From: Callorhinchus milii
Taxonomy: Eukaryota
Assembly: GCF_018977255.1 (NCBI RefSeq)
Contig: NW_024704742.1
Span: 62,188,001 to 62,252,000, forward strand
Direction of reading: 5' to 3'
DNA: 64,000 nucleotides
Each line of letters starts with the position of its first letter. The first letter of the stretch is position 1. Position numbers and translations under genes: made by a program. The notes below the pieces were generated by a model, which saw only the letters and a program-made list of their open reading frames with translations, made no database searches and had not been told where the DNA came from. Shown in pieces: positions 49,861-61,624 of this stretch.

Positions 49861-52800
49861 GTCAATTCACTTTACAATATATTCTCTGAAGCGCTTTGAA
49901 ATGTTTCTCTGAGACGCCGTCCGGCATGGTGGGCGCTATATAAATCCAAGTTGTTGTTGTATCAAAGACGTGATAAGGTGCTGTAGGATTGCAAGAATCA
50001 CTACTTTTAGCCTTGAATTATATATTACTTGTATTTGAAATGGCACTTTTCATCTCAGGAGTACGCTTCGGGGTGCTTAACATATATATTGTAAAGTATA
50101 TTTTGTAGGCGAACGTGGCAGTCAGTGTCCACGTTGGAATAGTGTCATTGTATACTAATGGTTTCAAAGCCCTGACATGGGCCTTGAACCTATAGCCTTC
50201 TGATTCAGAGACGAGAAAGCTACAAACTGAGCAGGCTGACACCGGAATTACTCACCAGTGATTAATTAGTCACCGCTAACTATTCTTTCACCCTTTTTTT
50301 GGATCAGCCAGGTGTCACACACAGAAACTCATCTTCATGCTTAAGAGTATCCAAACTAAATTGGCAGTGTAGAAATTCACATATTTGCAATGAAATGCAC
50401 TTTCCTTAGGACGCATCCCATTTTCTGGAGAATATTAGGCCCACGTTTGCACGAGCCAAAGCATGGGGACCCGAGTGTATGTTAGGGTAAGGCTGGAGTT
50501 TAACCAGCTATAACCACACTGCATGCATTGAGTGCACTGTCTGCCAAGCTTTCTGCTGCTTGACCAGCTCGTACCATCCTATCCATTAGACCTTTGGCTT
50601 GCAGGGTTAACGGCAGCTGAATGAGAATTCCTGTCTGCTTCCCAAAGTCCTAATGAGTCAGGCTGGCTGGTCTATCATCAGGTGTCCTTTGGAGTATTTC
50701 GGGACATGCCCGGCTCCAGAGCTGGACACTACCAAGACCACAACTCAAAGAACTGACTCTTCTGACATTCTGTTGCCAAACATGTTATCTTGGAGCCAAT
50801 TCAGGTCAAAGGAGACCCCACTCACCTACCCCTGCTAAGGATAGTCACTAGTTAGTCATTTCATATCCAACACGCACATGTTTGATCCCTCACTGGGTTG
50901 GAAGGCAGACACCAGGTACTCCCTGCAAGCTTTCGAGTGAGCAGCACATCACAGTATGAAACCTGCGCAAGCATTGTCACTACCTTCCTGCCCACAGCTC
51001 AGATACACATCCCTACCCACTGAGTGATGTTTTTTATTAGTTGGAGGTGCGGAGCTTGAACTGCAGCTGCTTACTTCTATGCATAGCAATGAAGGTGAAT
51101 TCCAAGCTCTGGATATATAAACATGTGCTCACAAACTTGGGACTCTAGGTAATGCCCTCCAGCAGCTGTCATATCAAGCCTGTTTCCTCATCAACTATCT
51201 GAAGAGCATATATTTTCAGCATGGTGGGAGGACCATTTTTGTGAATGCTGAAGAAATCAAAGAAATGTTACTGAAAATTTTAAATTGTTGCATTAGAGAT
51301 GAGTAATTTCATACAATTGCATCACTAATAAATTTTAAATTAAAATTTAAGAAATCAGGTTGTTAAATTGTTCTCAAGCAGTGAAATCCGCTACTGAATG
51401 TTGCCTAGGTAGCCATTCTTTTTGTAGCCGGTGTGTGACACATCGCCATACAATCACTGTTTTTGTACAATACTTTTAAATGCGTCAAGGCAACATGTGA
51501 GCGTCGGTTCAGGGTTCTGAAAAGCAAGTTTAGGGACAGACACCAATGTGTATTTCTTCAAATCTGCAATATTTTGGTCAGCTGAACATCTGACACATGC
51601 GAAAACCGATTATTATCCTTAAGAATATCCAAACCAGACAGAGTTGCACACGCAGGTCGACTACACATTGAAATTTCCATAAATCTGGAATAGAATGTGC
51701 ACTCTATCCTGGGGGGATGCACCTTGCTTACTTAATTCGAGAGCATTCATCACAGGTTGGCTAATGAAATAAAGTATATCAATTGTTGCTGTTTTGATCT
51801 TTCTTAGGAACATTATTTTCTTCCAACAATCTCAGCTCTTGAGCAGGAATTCTCATCCCCTACTATATGCGTCGTTATGTGCCTGCTTTCTGGTATCAGA
51901 CGGACTCTGATTGAGACAATCAATAATGCTTACATGAATTCTGCATATTACCTCCAATGTATCATGTCTCTTGCAAGGTGAATATCATGGTACGTACCAT
52001 AAGATTGTTTAGTAAAATAAATACCTTTATTACTAGTCATTTCTTAGCATTTTAACACAAAACAGCATTAAAATAGACACAATATTGATCATTGACAGTC
52101 ACAATCCTTTCAAATTACAGTTCCACTCCAATATGTTTTGTGGATGTTTCCCAATTCCTTTCTCTTGGGATCTTATAATAATAATCCTTGCATTTGATGT
52201 CTTCCTTTTAACAACAACTTAATTAATAATAATCCTTGCATTTGATATAGTGCTTTACATGTCTTCTAGATGTCTCAAAGCGCTTCACAGAATATACTGT
52301 AAGGTGAACGGACTATATTTGTGGGCGAAATGCAGCAGCCAATTGCGCACAGCAGTGTCCCACTAACAGACGTGGATTGAAATGACCAATTTATTATTGT
52401 TTTTTTGAGGGATTATCATCAGGCGTGTGGAGTAAGGAAACATGCCCAAGGTTTCACCCTGCCGGGAATTTCTTAGGAGCATTATTTTCTTGACAATTAG
52501 CGCCCTCCACGCTGGGTAACGTCTCAGCGCGCTTAACAGTGGCGGAGCCTGACTCCGAACCGCGTTGACAGGGGAGGTGGCCGTAAGCACGGTTGAAGAG
52601 GAAAGTTTTCAGGCCTAACTTGAAAGAGGTGAGAGAGAGGGCAAGTGGTGGGATTGAGGGAGAGTGTTCCAGAGTTTTGGAGTGCAGAGGCTGAAAGCAC
52701 AACCTCCGATGGATGGAGGGTGCGAGGGACGAGCAGGAGGCCGGTGCCAGTTGAGCGGAGGCGCCGGGTGGCGGATTGGGGAATGAGGTGACAGAATAAG

Positions 52801-53169
52801 GAATTTTCCCATGGCTGCATGACACAAAAGATGCTGAAATCCAAGATATGGCTCTATCCATGACTGAAAACTGAAGAAACGNTTTTTTAAGCTTACATTT
52901 ATAATGCTGAAATGCTTTTTTGACCTTATGGTGATTGCTTTAAAATGAAGAGTTGTGCCAAGTAACAAAGTTGTGACAAATTAAAAGATTGAGAATAGAC
53001 ATGTTTTTCCTGGGGATACAAAATTGAATTTATCAGTAGTTATTTAAAATGAAATTCTGTACTGGAAATTATCCAGACAGGTTTTCCAGACAGAATGTAT
53101 GATGGACAGGTTCACACCTCTCACTTTACCAAACTAAGCCATGACACTGAAACTTTTTTCATCTATTTC

Positions 53170-53915
53170 CCATTACCGACATTACCCCACTACCCGTTTC
53201 TGATGTTCATCCATTGACTGCTCTCAACAGCGTACCAATCCCCTACTTCTGACGTTGCCACGTTCCACCACTCGACTTTCCCCCCCTACTCACTTGATGC
53301 AGCTCTATTCCCTGTTGTCGACATTGTCCCACTGCCCATTCCTGAACATTCCCCTATTGACTGCCCCCTGTTGCACATCATTGCCCCCTCCAGATGTTAT
53401 CCCATTACTCGGATTCCGACATTCACTTTTTCCACTCCAAATATCCCCCATTCAGACAAAGCCCCAATTCGAGCTCCCAACATCACCTGACTGCCTATTC
53501 AGTACTTGCCCCATTTATCTGTTCCCGGTTCCCCTCCCAGTCCCCACTCTGGATGTTCCTTGACTGCCCACTCCCCGACATCGCTCCATTCCCCCACTGT
53601 CCATTGTCTGCTACCAACATCATCCCATTTTTCCACTCCCGATGTTCCCCATAGCCTGCCCCCAACGCCAGCTCATTGCCCACTTCTACCCTAGACCCAT
53701 TTTGCCACATTCCCCAACTCCCAAACTTTTCCATTGGCCCACTCCCAACCTTCCCCCATTCTGTTGATTCCTTGTTCTCACTGTGTCCTCCCATTCCTGC
53801 TCTTGACCTTTGGCAAACTCCCAGCTCCTGATATTCCCTCCCAATCTAAGCTCCTGCCATTTTCCAGCTCCTGAGGTTCCCCCACCATCCAATTCCATGA
53901 TCCTGACATTCACTC
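53170..53915. repeat. Highly degenerate C-rich tandem repeat (~22-25 bp unit, like GACATTGCCCCACTGCCCATTCCT)
   Basis: Recurrent GAC/GATGTT...CCCCACT...CCCATT units with strong C/T strand bias. Confidence 0.6.
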
Positions 53916-53980
53916 CTAGACACTATAACATGTGAAGGCCACTAGATAAGTGTCAGGTTGTTGTTTATAGTTTATCTCGA

Positions 53981-54678
53981 TGGGAATCCTGTAGCTTAGT
54001 GGTTAGACCACTTGCCTCGCAAGCGAGAGACCTGGGTTTGATTGGGCAAAATGTTGGGCAAGGTTTACTTACTCTACACGCCTCCGTTTACCTAGCAGTA
54101 AGTAGGAACCCGGTTGTTAGTTGATTGGCGGATCACTTTTCCAGGTATAATAATCCTTAAAAAAAACAATAATAATTTGGTCACTCAATCCATGACACTG
54201 CTGCGTGCAATTGGCTGCCGCGTTTCACCCACAAATATACAGTCAGTTCATTTACAGCTGCGAAGTGCTTTGAGACGTCTGGAAGAAGTGAAAAGCGCTA
54301 TATCAAATGCAGGGATTATTATTTCTCTGCAAGACGCAAGTCCAAGGGTTGTATTGACTGCATAGCCTTGAATTAATCCCGTCTTATCTGTAACCGCAAG
54401 CGAGACAGGACGGACCTGTGTTTGACTCTCGGGAAGGGCAAGTTTCCCTACTCCACGCGCCTGTAGGAACCCGGTTGTTCGTTGATTGGAGGGTGTAATC
54501 ATTCCTTAAAAAAAATAGATTGGTCACTCAACCCAGGACTGTTTGTGGGACACCGGCTGCTGCGTTTCACCCACAAAATATTACAGTCAACCTGCTTTTA
54601 CAGTATACTCTGTGAGGCGCTTTGAGACGTCTCAGAGACATGATAAGGCGCTATATCGAATGCAAGGATTATTATTAC
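53981..54678 (+). mobile_element. Two tandem tRNA-derived SINE copies upstream of the HMGB2 promoter
   Basis: Two consecutive head-body-tail units, ending ~54322 and ~54678. Confidence 0.8.
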
Positions 54679-54899
54679 GATATGTATTCAAATGTAAAAC
54701 CACTGGCTAAAGGTGGGTGCAATGTCAGAATTTTTTTTTGCGGGGGGGGGGGTGGGGGGTGAAATGCAACCTTTATTCCGTGAATGTCACGTCACGTCCA
54801 TACCAGCGAAACACCTGTGTTCCAGGCAGTCGGTCATCTTGTTCGTGCACGTGAGGTGGGAAACTGAGAGGAAAAAGAGAAAAAAACCGGGAGTCTCAT

Positions 54900-55520
54900 G
54901 AACCTGGGAAGACGCTGCGGCTCCCGGTCACTTGGCGTCCAGCCACCCGCCAGTTCTCTGTCTGCACCGCCGACTCCTCGCTCTTCCTCCTCGAGATCGC
55001 CTCGCGACGGAGAAGCCGTTATTTTTTAAAAAACAACGACCGTCGAGCGAACGAGACAGAGCGCGAGGAAGGGCTGTTGGGGGGGGGGGGGGGGGAGTGA
55101 AAGGGGTGCCCAGCCGACCAATGGGAGCCGCGCTCTCCGCGAGACGTCGATCACGAAAGGGTCGGGCGCGTGTTGGTTCCGGAAGGCGACCTATGGCGCC
55201 GCGGCGTTTCGGGGGTTAAAAACGAGAGAGCGAGCCCGGCGGCCAATGAGCGCGCGACCGTCTGCGATTCAAACTGGTTCATCCCGTAGCAGGGGCGCGG
55301 CGGTGAGAGAACAGAGAGGGGGAGCGAGCGCGTGCGTCGCAACCTAACCTGATAGCACGCTGTGACGTGCCCGGACCTGAGAGGCGGGGCCTGATGCCGT
55401 TCCTGAACCATTGGGAAGCCTCGCCCCGCCCATCGCACCGCCCCGAAATACCGAGTGTAACCAATGGCAGGCGGCGGACGTGTGTGATTGACGGGTGGTG
55501 GGAAGTTAGGTTGGAGGGTA
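54900..55520 (+). promoter_or_regulatory. HMGB2 CpG-island promoter with CCAAT boxes and CHR-like element; candidate non-coding exon 1 ending at 55302
   Basis: CpG-dense. CCAAT at 55118, 55243 and 55461; TTCAAA (reverse CHR TTTGAA) at 55268-55273; donor-like G|GTGAGA at 55303. HMGB genes have a non-coding first exon. Confidence 0.65.
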
Positions 55521-58496
55521 GGTATAGCGCAAACCAGCGCCCTGTGCAGCTTTGTGTGACTACATTGACCGTTTGTGTTGTGTGAGTTGGTATGTATAAT
55601 GCTGTACACTTACAGTGAAGGGAACCGAGTGGCGGGCTGTTTTATTTTTAAAAAGACTAAAATGTTCTGTGCTCGTAAATTATAAAAGCCTTCTCGACGC
55701 TCTAGATACATTTTTTTTTTAAAATTATTGTCTAGAAATATTATCGTCGTGTTTTTTTTTAAAAAAAAGTAGCTGTAGTGATTTGTATGCCTTGAAAAAC
55801 AATTTGTTAACCCTCCCCTGCCAAAAACGGGGTGGTTGTTGGTGTTTTTTTTTGAACCGAAAAATATTTCGTTTTTTTTAAAAAAAAACCTTTTAAAAAT
55901 GCGAAAACGGGTCTGAACGAATGTTTTATTGGATGGAGGGGGAAAAAATACACCAAAAAAACCGACCGTCTACTTATTTTTTTATTAAAAGAAAGCTGTT
56001 TTTCTGAGGGGGGGGGGGAACAAAAGATTTCTTGGAAGAGATTTTTTTTTGTGAGGGGGCGGGTGGCTGAATGTGTGGAAGAATTTATGTGGGGGTCATG
56101 TGGATTTTTTTTTTCGGGGGGGGGAGGAAGAGGGGGTGTTATGTTTTTTAAAAAAATGATTGTAAGCGGCGAAAATGGAAGATGTTCGGAGTGGGGGGGG
56201 AGGTGGAGACTGGAAATAATCGACACGATGCGTTAGTGATTTTATTTTTTTTGTGTGTGGCGGGTGGGCTGTTAAAAAAAGGGGGGCTGCTGAAACTATA
56301 CATAAAACGGAAAAAGAGGAAAGTTTTCGATGTCTTAATAACATGTTCCGACTCTTCTTCTATTTTTTTTTGGAGGTGCGTTCCTAGCTCTCTCGCTCAA
56401 GGAATAACATGAAAAAAAATATAAGTTGCGCGTAGCAATGCACGGGGTGCCCGTACACGCATTTGCCTGCCTTGATTTTCTTTTTTTTTAATTTATAAAA
56501 AATATATACCTATACGTCTGTAAACGTATTTTTATAACGCGAGGAAGAAGGGGGGGGGGGGAAGAGAGAGGAAAAAAAAAACCCCGATCGTGTTGAGCGC
56601 GAGGTGTCTGCGAGGGGCGGTCGGGCGGGCGGGCGTCTTTAATCCATTCCTGCTGGATCTGGTTCTTGTGTAAAATGGGGGAGGGAGGGAGGGAGGGCTG
56701 GAGGAGGTGGGGCGGCGGCGCCACACGCCCGCCCTTTCCCCCTCCTTCCCCCTCCCTCTCCCCCCCCCCTCGTCCATTCACTTTTTTTTTCGTTTTCCAT
56801 TCTCCTCCCGCACGGTTTGGTCTTTAAACGGAACAAGAGCCTTTTAAAAACGCCGCACATATAACGCACGGCCACCACGCGGGCACGTGTGATTTTTTTT
56901 CTCTCTCTCTCTCCTTCTCCTCCTCCTCCTCCTCCTCCCTTTTGTGTGTGTGTTTTTTTTAAAAAAAAGAATTTTATGTCGCGCTTTAAATCCCTCCCAG
57001 TGTGTTTCGAACAGGCCACCCCTACAAAAATGCAGTGAATATGCACAAAGAAATTCCGGCATCCATTTTAAATTTGATTTGGATGATTTTTTTTTTAGGG
57101 CGTTTTTTCCACACCCGATTCCTCACGCGCGGCCGTTTCTCGATCACATTTCACACGCGAAGCACCTGTGCCGACATGATTATTGTGTGGTGTGTTACTT
57201 GCCAGCCTTTGTAACCCTGTCCTTTATTAATAAGTTCCAGATACTCCAGAGCACGCTTTTTTTAATTGCGTTTTTTTTAGAAAAAAGAAAACCTGTTACC
57301 AGCCTATTTCTCTTTCCCTGGAAGTGATGCAACATTTCAAATCCCTGAATGTATAGTTTATTAAAAGAAGGAATGGTGAAGTGAAGCGGTTTAGTTTCTG
57401 ATTAATTCTTGGTGAAGGAGGAGCGATGTCTAGAGGGGCGTGGCTTCCGAACTCGGACAGTAACAGGGACATGGCGTTTACAATCTCAGTCCCTGTTTTA
57501 TTGCTGCTTTACCACAGCAGGTCTACTGTGTACTTTTTTTTGCAAACAGCATTAACCACATAACCGTTTTGAGTATTTTTTTTAAAAAATGCCATAATGT
57601 ACTATTTGTTCGAAATAAAATTGACCATTGTCAGTCTATTATTGCATTAAAGTTGGAAAATAAATCGTCCTCATGTTACTGTATATTTCTCATAAGTGGC
57701 TACCTGCAAAAATTAAAGGCTCTGGAAATATGGAAGTGCTTCTCATTTGAAGCATTCAGCTAAGTTTTTGGCTTACAATCATAGGAAGACTATGCTTTCC
57801 TTGAAGGGCAACATTGCTAGAACGGTAAACAAACAACAAACTGCCCAGATTGAAGGAGTTTAGTTTTGATGAGGGTAGGTATACTTAGGCTGCATTCATT
57901 AGAGTTGGGGGGTGATCTAATGGAGATATTTAAAATAATGATCGAATCGACATACTAGAAAGTGAACGACTCGTCCCTTGTGGAGGGATCCAAAAGAAAG
58001 AGACGTAATACGAAATTAGATCCTAATTGACCATTTTGATTAGAACGCTTAGAACATGGGTTGTGAGATACCTTGTTCTGGATGCCATAGAGGCAAAATA
58101 ATTGGGGAGTTTTAAAAGGAAGAGGGGTACATACATGCAGAGCAAGTGCGCCCAGACATCGTCTCAAGTCTCTTGAGACAGCGTGACGGGTGCTATGTAA
58201 ATGAAAGTTGTTGAAAAGAAAATGGGATTAAAAGATTGCACCAAAACTGGCAGAAGAGGTTGGATATCCTTCCAATATACCTAAATTAAAAATCCGTGTT
58301 CATCAAAATGTTCATTGAATCTTAATATAAGTTTTGGTCAACTGAAGAAACCGCAATTTATCATTATTTCCCTGACCTAATTTTTTTGTATAAGCGCAAA
58401 AAGGTTGTTTAAATTAATAACTTAAATTTCAAGTTGAGCAATTGCTTGAAATAAGTATGGTTTTATTTTGTATTCTAGATTTAAACTGACAAGAGG

Positions 58497-58646
58497 ATGG
58501 GTAAAAGAGATCCTAGACAACCACGGGGCAAGATGTCCTCGTATGCATTCTTCGTGCAAAACTCTCGCGAGGAACACAAGAAGAAACATCCTGACTCTAG
58601 TGTTGACTTTTCAGAATTTTCAAAACAATGCTCCGAAAGGTGGAAG
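58497..58646 (+). CDS. HMGB2: High mobility group box 2, first coding exon
   Basis: Acceptor TATTCTAG ending 58478. [50 protein letters not shown] (150 nt; HPDSSV is HMGB2-type). Donor GTAGGA. Syntenic with SAP30. Confidence 0.95.
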
Positions 58647-58732
58647 GTAGGACTGACTTGAGCTTTTACATAATGGAACTCGGCTTTAAAAAAAATCTGC
58701 ATATATAATGCATTCCATTGTTTGAATTTCAG

Positions 58733-58875
58733 GCCATGACTCCAAAAGACAAGGGGAAATTTGAGGATCTGGCAAAGAATGATAAGGTCCGTTATGACCG
58801 AGAAATGAGGAACTACAATCCACCCAAAGGTGACAAGAAAAAGAAGAAGGATCCAAATGCCCCAAAGAGGCCACC
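58733..58875 (+). CDS. HMGB2: HMGB2 coding exon 2
   Basis: [53 protein letters not shown](P)|GTATGT; YDREM and PKGDKK are HMGB2-type. Confidence 0.95.
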
Positions 58876-59047
58876 GTATGTACAGTACTGCAGTTTACAT
58901 ATTAGTTGTGGTTGATAATTCAGTTTGTTAAAGACTTGTAATGGAATTGCTCAAGCATAATCCAAAAGGTAGAGTTTTATTTAGCTATTTGTGTATACTG
59001 CCAAGTTTACCTTTTCTCTTGATTTAACAACCTGTTCTTTCTTGCAG

Positions 59048-59222
59048 GTCTGCATTTTTCATCTTCTGCTCCGACCATCGTCCAAGGATCAGGGGTGAGA
59101 ACCCTGGAATATCCATCGGTGATGTTGCAAAAAAGATGGGAGAGCTTTGGTCTGGACTAACTGCCAAGGACAAGAAACCATATGAAGAGAGGGGAGCTCA
59201 ATTAAAGGAGAAATATGAAAAG
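59048..59222 (+). CDS. HMGB2: HMGB2 coding exon 3 (box B)
   Basis: [71 protein letters not shown]; 175 nt, phase consistent. Confidence 0.95.
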
Positions 59223-59989
59223 GTACTAGTGGATTATTTTGGATCATATGAAATCTTGATGCTTTTCAAAGGTACAGTTCAAATTGTTAAATGATTTCTT
59301 AACTCAAAAAAATCCTGCACTGAATTTTACAGGTAAAATCTGTTTATGGTTAGCATTATTCCAAATATAATGCAGTTTATTTCTTTGTCATTGATTGCAT
59401 ATCACTTCCCAATGGATAGCTAATCTGTTACTGAGAGGACGATTATTACAGTGCTTAGAGTTGTATTTATTCAAACTGAATTGCCAGAGCTCTCTAGCTG
59501 AACTCAGTAAGTATTCTTCCCACTGGTTGGAGGAGTGCCGCGTTGATGGAACTTCAGGAAATACAAGCTTGTCCCACCACTTTCTAAGATTGGCTGATCC
59601 GCAACTCAATTCCACTATCTCTCCATGTCACTTGATACCCCGGGCGTATATCTATTTGACTTTTAAATTCTTCAACTGACTTGAATTCTTGCCTACATTC
59701 TGGGGAAGTGAATTCTATACTCCCTCATCAGCCGCTGCGTGACCATGTCTCAATTCTAAATAGTTTAACCCTCGAGTTTAAGATGATGGCCTGTAGTCCT
59801 CAATCGTCTTGCCAGAGCAAACAGCTGCTCACTATTCAGCCTGTCAAATCCCGTCATAATTTTATATACATTGATCAGATTACTTCTCATTCTTGTAACT
59901 ACAAACCCTTTTCCGTCCTTTCATTATAATTTAGGCCCATAACACTAAAGGAATCTACAGTCTCCAGGGCCAATACTCCTTCCTGTCTA

Positions 59990-61060
59990 TTTCAAAATCA
60001 CCAATGACATTCTCTCCATCTGTGACCATGGCTCTGTCTCCTCATCCTTCTACACTTCTCCAGTTTTCAACACTGTCGACCATTCTACATCGCCCTTCCT
60101 CTCACCTCTACCTTCACAGTTCTGACCTTGTTTTATTCTTACCTAACCAACATCTCCACTTTGTATTTGTCCACAACTTTTCCCGTGTATAGGAGAAATG
60201 CATTGGTTCAGAAGCATGGTAATGGTTAAAAGCACCTGTCAGACAGGCTGACAAAAAAAATCCACGTGTGTGGATGACACCCAGCTCTTTCTGCCTCTAC
60301 CCTCAATTCCAGGACCACTGCAGTCCTGAACTGGCCATTGAGATCCTTATCTGTCCTTTTATTACATCCAGGCTGTGTCCAACCATCTACTCACCGGACT
60401 TCCCAATTCTTCCCTCCACAAGCTACAAGCCATTCAGCACACTGCAGCTCGTGTCATCTCCCACACAAGGGGAGAGGCAATGTTGTGGACGTGGGGTAAA
60501 ATTGAATGGGTCAAGGGAGGGATGTGGGATTTAAGACCGTAGAGATTTAAGACACCAAGGTTCCCCACTATCTCCATAGGGTGAAGTGTGTGCCTTGGGA
60601 TGTCCTCCCAACGTGAAAGGCGCCATGTAAATGTAATTTGTTGTCCATGTAGATTGATGCTGTCAGTGTCTGAGGCGAGAAGGTTCTGATAGGAGCCTCT
60701 GTCTTTTTGACATCCCTGGGTCTTGCCCCTCCTTACCTGTGCGACCTCAAACCCTGCCAATCCGCCTTCTCCCTCTGTTTAGGAGACACTTGCTTACTTC
60801 ACGTCTCCCTCCCTGCATGCCCCACTGTTTGCGGTCAAGCTTTCAGTCTTCCCAATTTTCTGGAACTCTTATTCCTTCACCTCTTCCATCGCATCCTTCA
60901 AGGTGCGCCTAACAACCTGCCTCTTTCACTGCACCTTAGGTCATCTTCTCGTCATCACCCCTCCAGAATCCAACCTTCAGCTCAGGTGCAAACTCGACTG
61001 TCCCAACGCCTTGGGATGACCTCCTGATGTGAAAGTTGCTATATAAATGCAATTTTGTTC
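59990..61060 (+). mobile_element. Degraded L2 fragments in the last HMGB2 intron
   Basis: Patchy similarity to the other L2 copies; two L2 3' ends near 60590-60645 and 61000-61060. Confidence 0.6.
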
Positions 61061-61450
61061 TTGTGGGGGTTAAAGGGAAAAAATTGTAGATATCGTGTTT
61101 TCAGGTCTTAACTCAAAACAACTTGCAGTTATAAAATGCCTTTCACGCAGGAAAGCGCCTCGTGAATGACAGCAATGTCACTCACTGGTATCTAAGTGAC
61201 ATTGATGAGATCGGGACTTGTTTGGCAGGATGTTGCTATGCCAAAATATTTCATTTTAAGCTGCTTGAGTACTTGGATCAGTTTGGGGAAAAAAGTGCTG
61301 GTTGGGCATGAGTCGGTCCAGTTGCTTTTGTGTGTTTTTTCATATTGTAGATGAACAGAGATCGAGGTCATTTTTGTAAGAAAGAAACTGCTTTATGTGG
61401 ATGCTGAAGTTAGTAAACCTTTAACGTGCGATTACAATTTAACTTTTTAG

Positions 61451-61624
61451 GAAGTGGCAGCATATCGTGCTAGGTGCAAGAATGAAACTTGTAAGAAACC
61501 TCCTCCTAAGCAAGTTCAGGTCGCCAAAAAGAGGAAGCAGGACGACGACGATGATGACGATGATGATGATGAAGAGGAGGAGGATGAAGAAGAAGAAGAG
61601 GAAGATGATGACGATGAGGAATAA
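61451..61624 (+). CDS. HMGB2: HMGB2 last exon with 27-residue acidic tail
   Basis: TTTTTAG|EVAAYRARCKNETCKKPPPKQVQVAKKRKQ + D10E4DE6D4E2 + TAA. Total 213 aa. AATAAA at 62061. Confidence 0.95.
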   Translation, partial: EVAAYRARCKNETCKKPPPKQVQVAKKRKQDDDDDDDDDDEEEEDEEEEEEDDDDEE

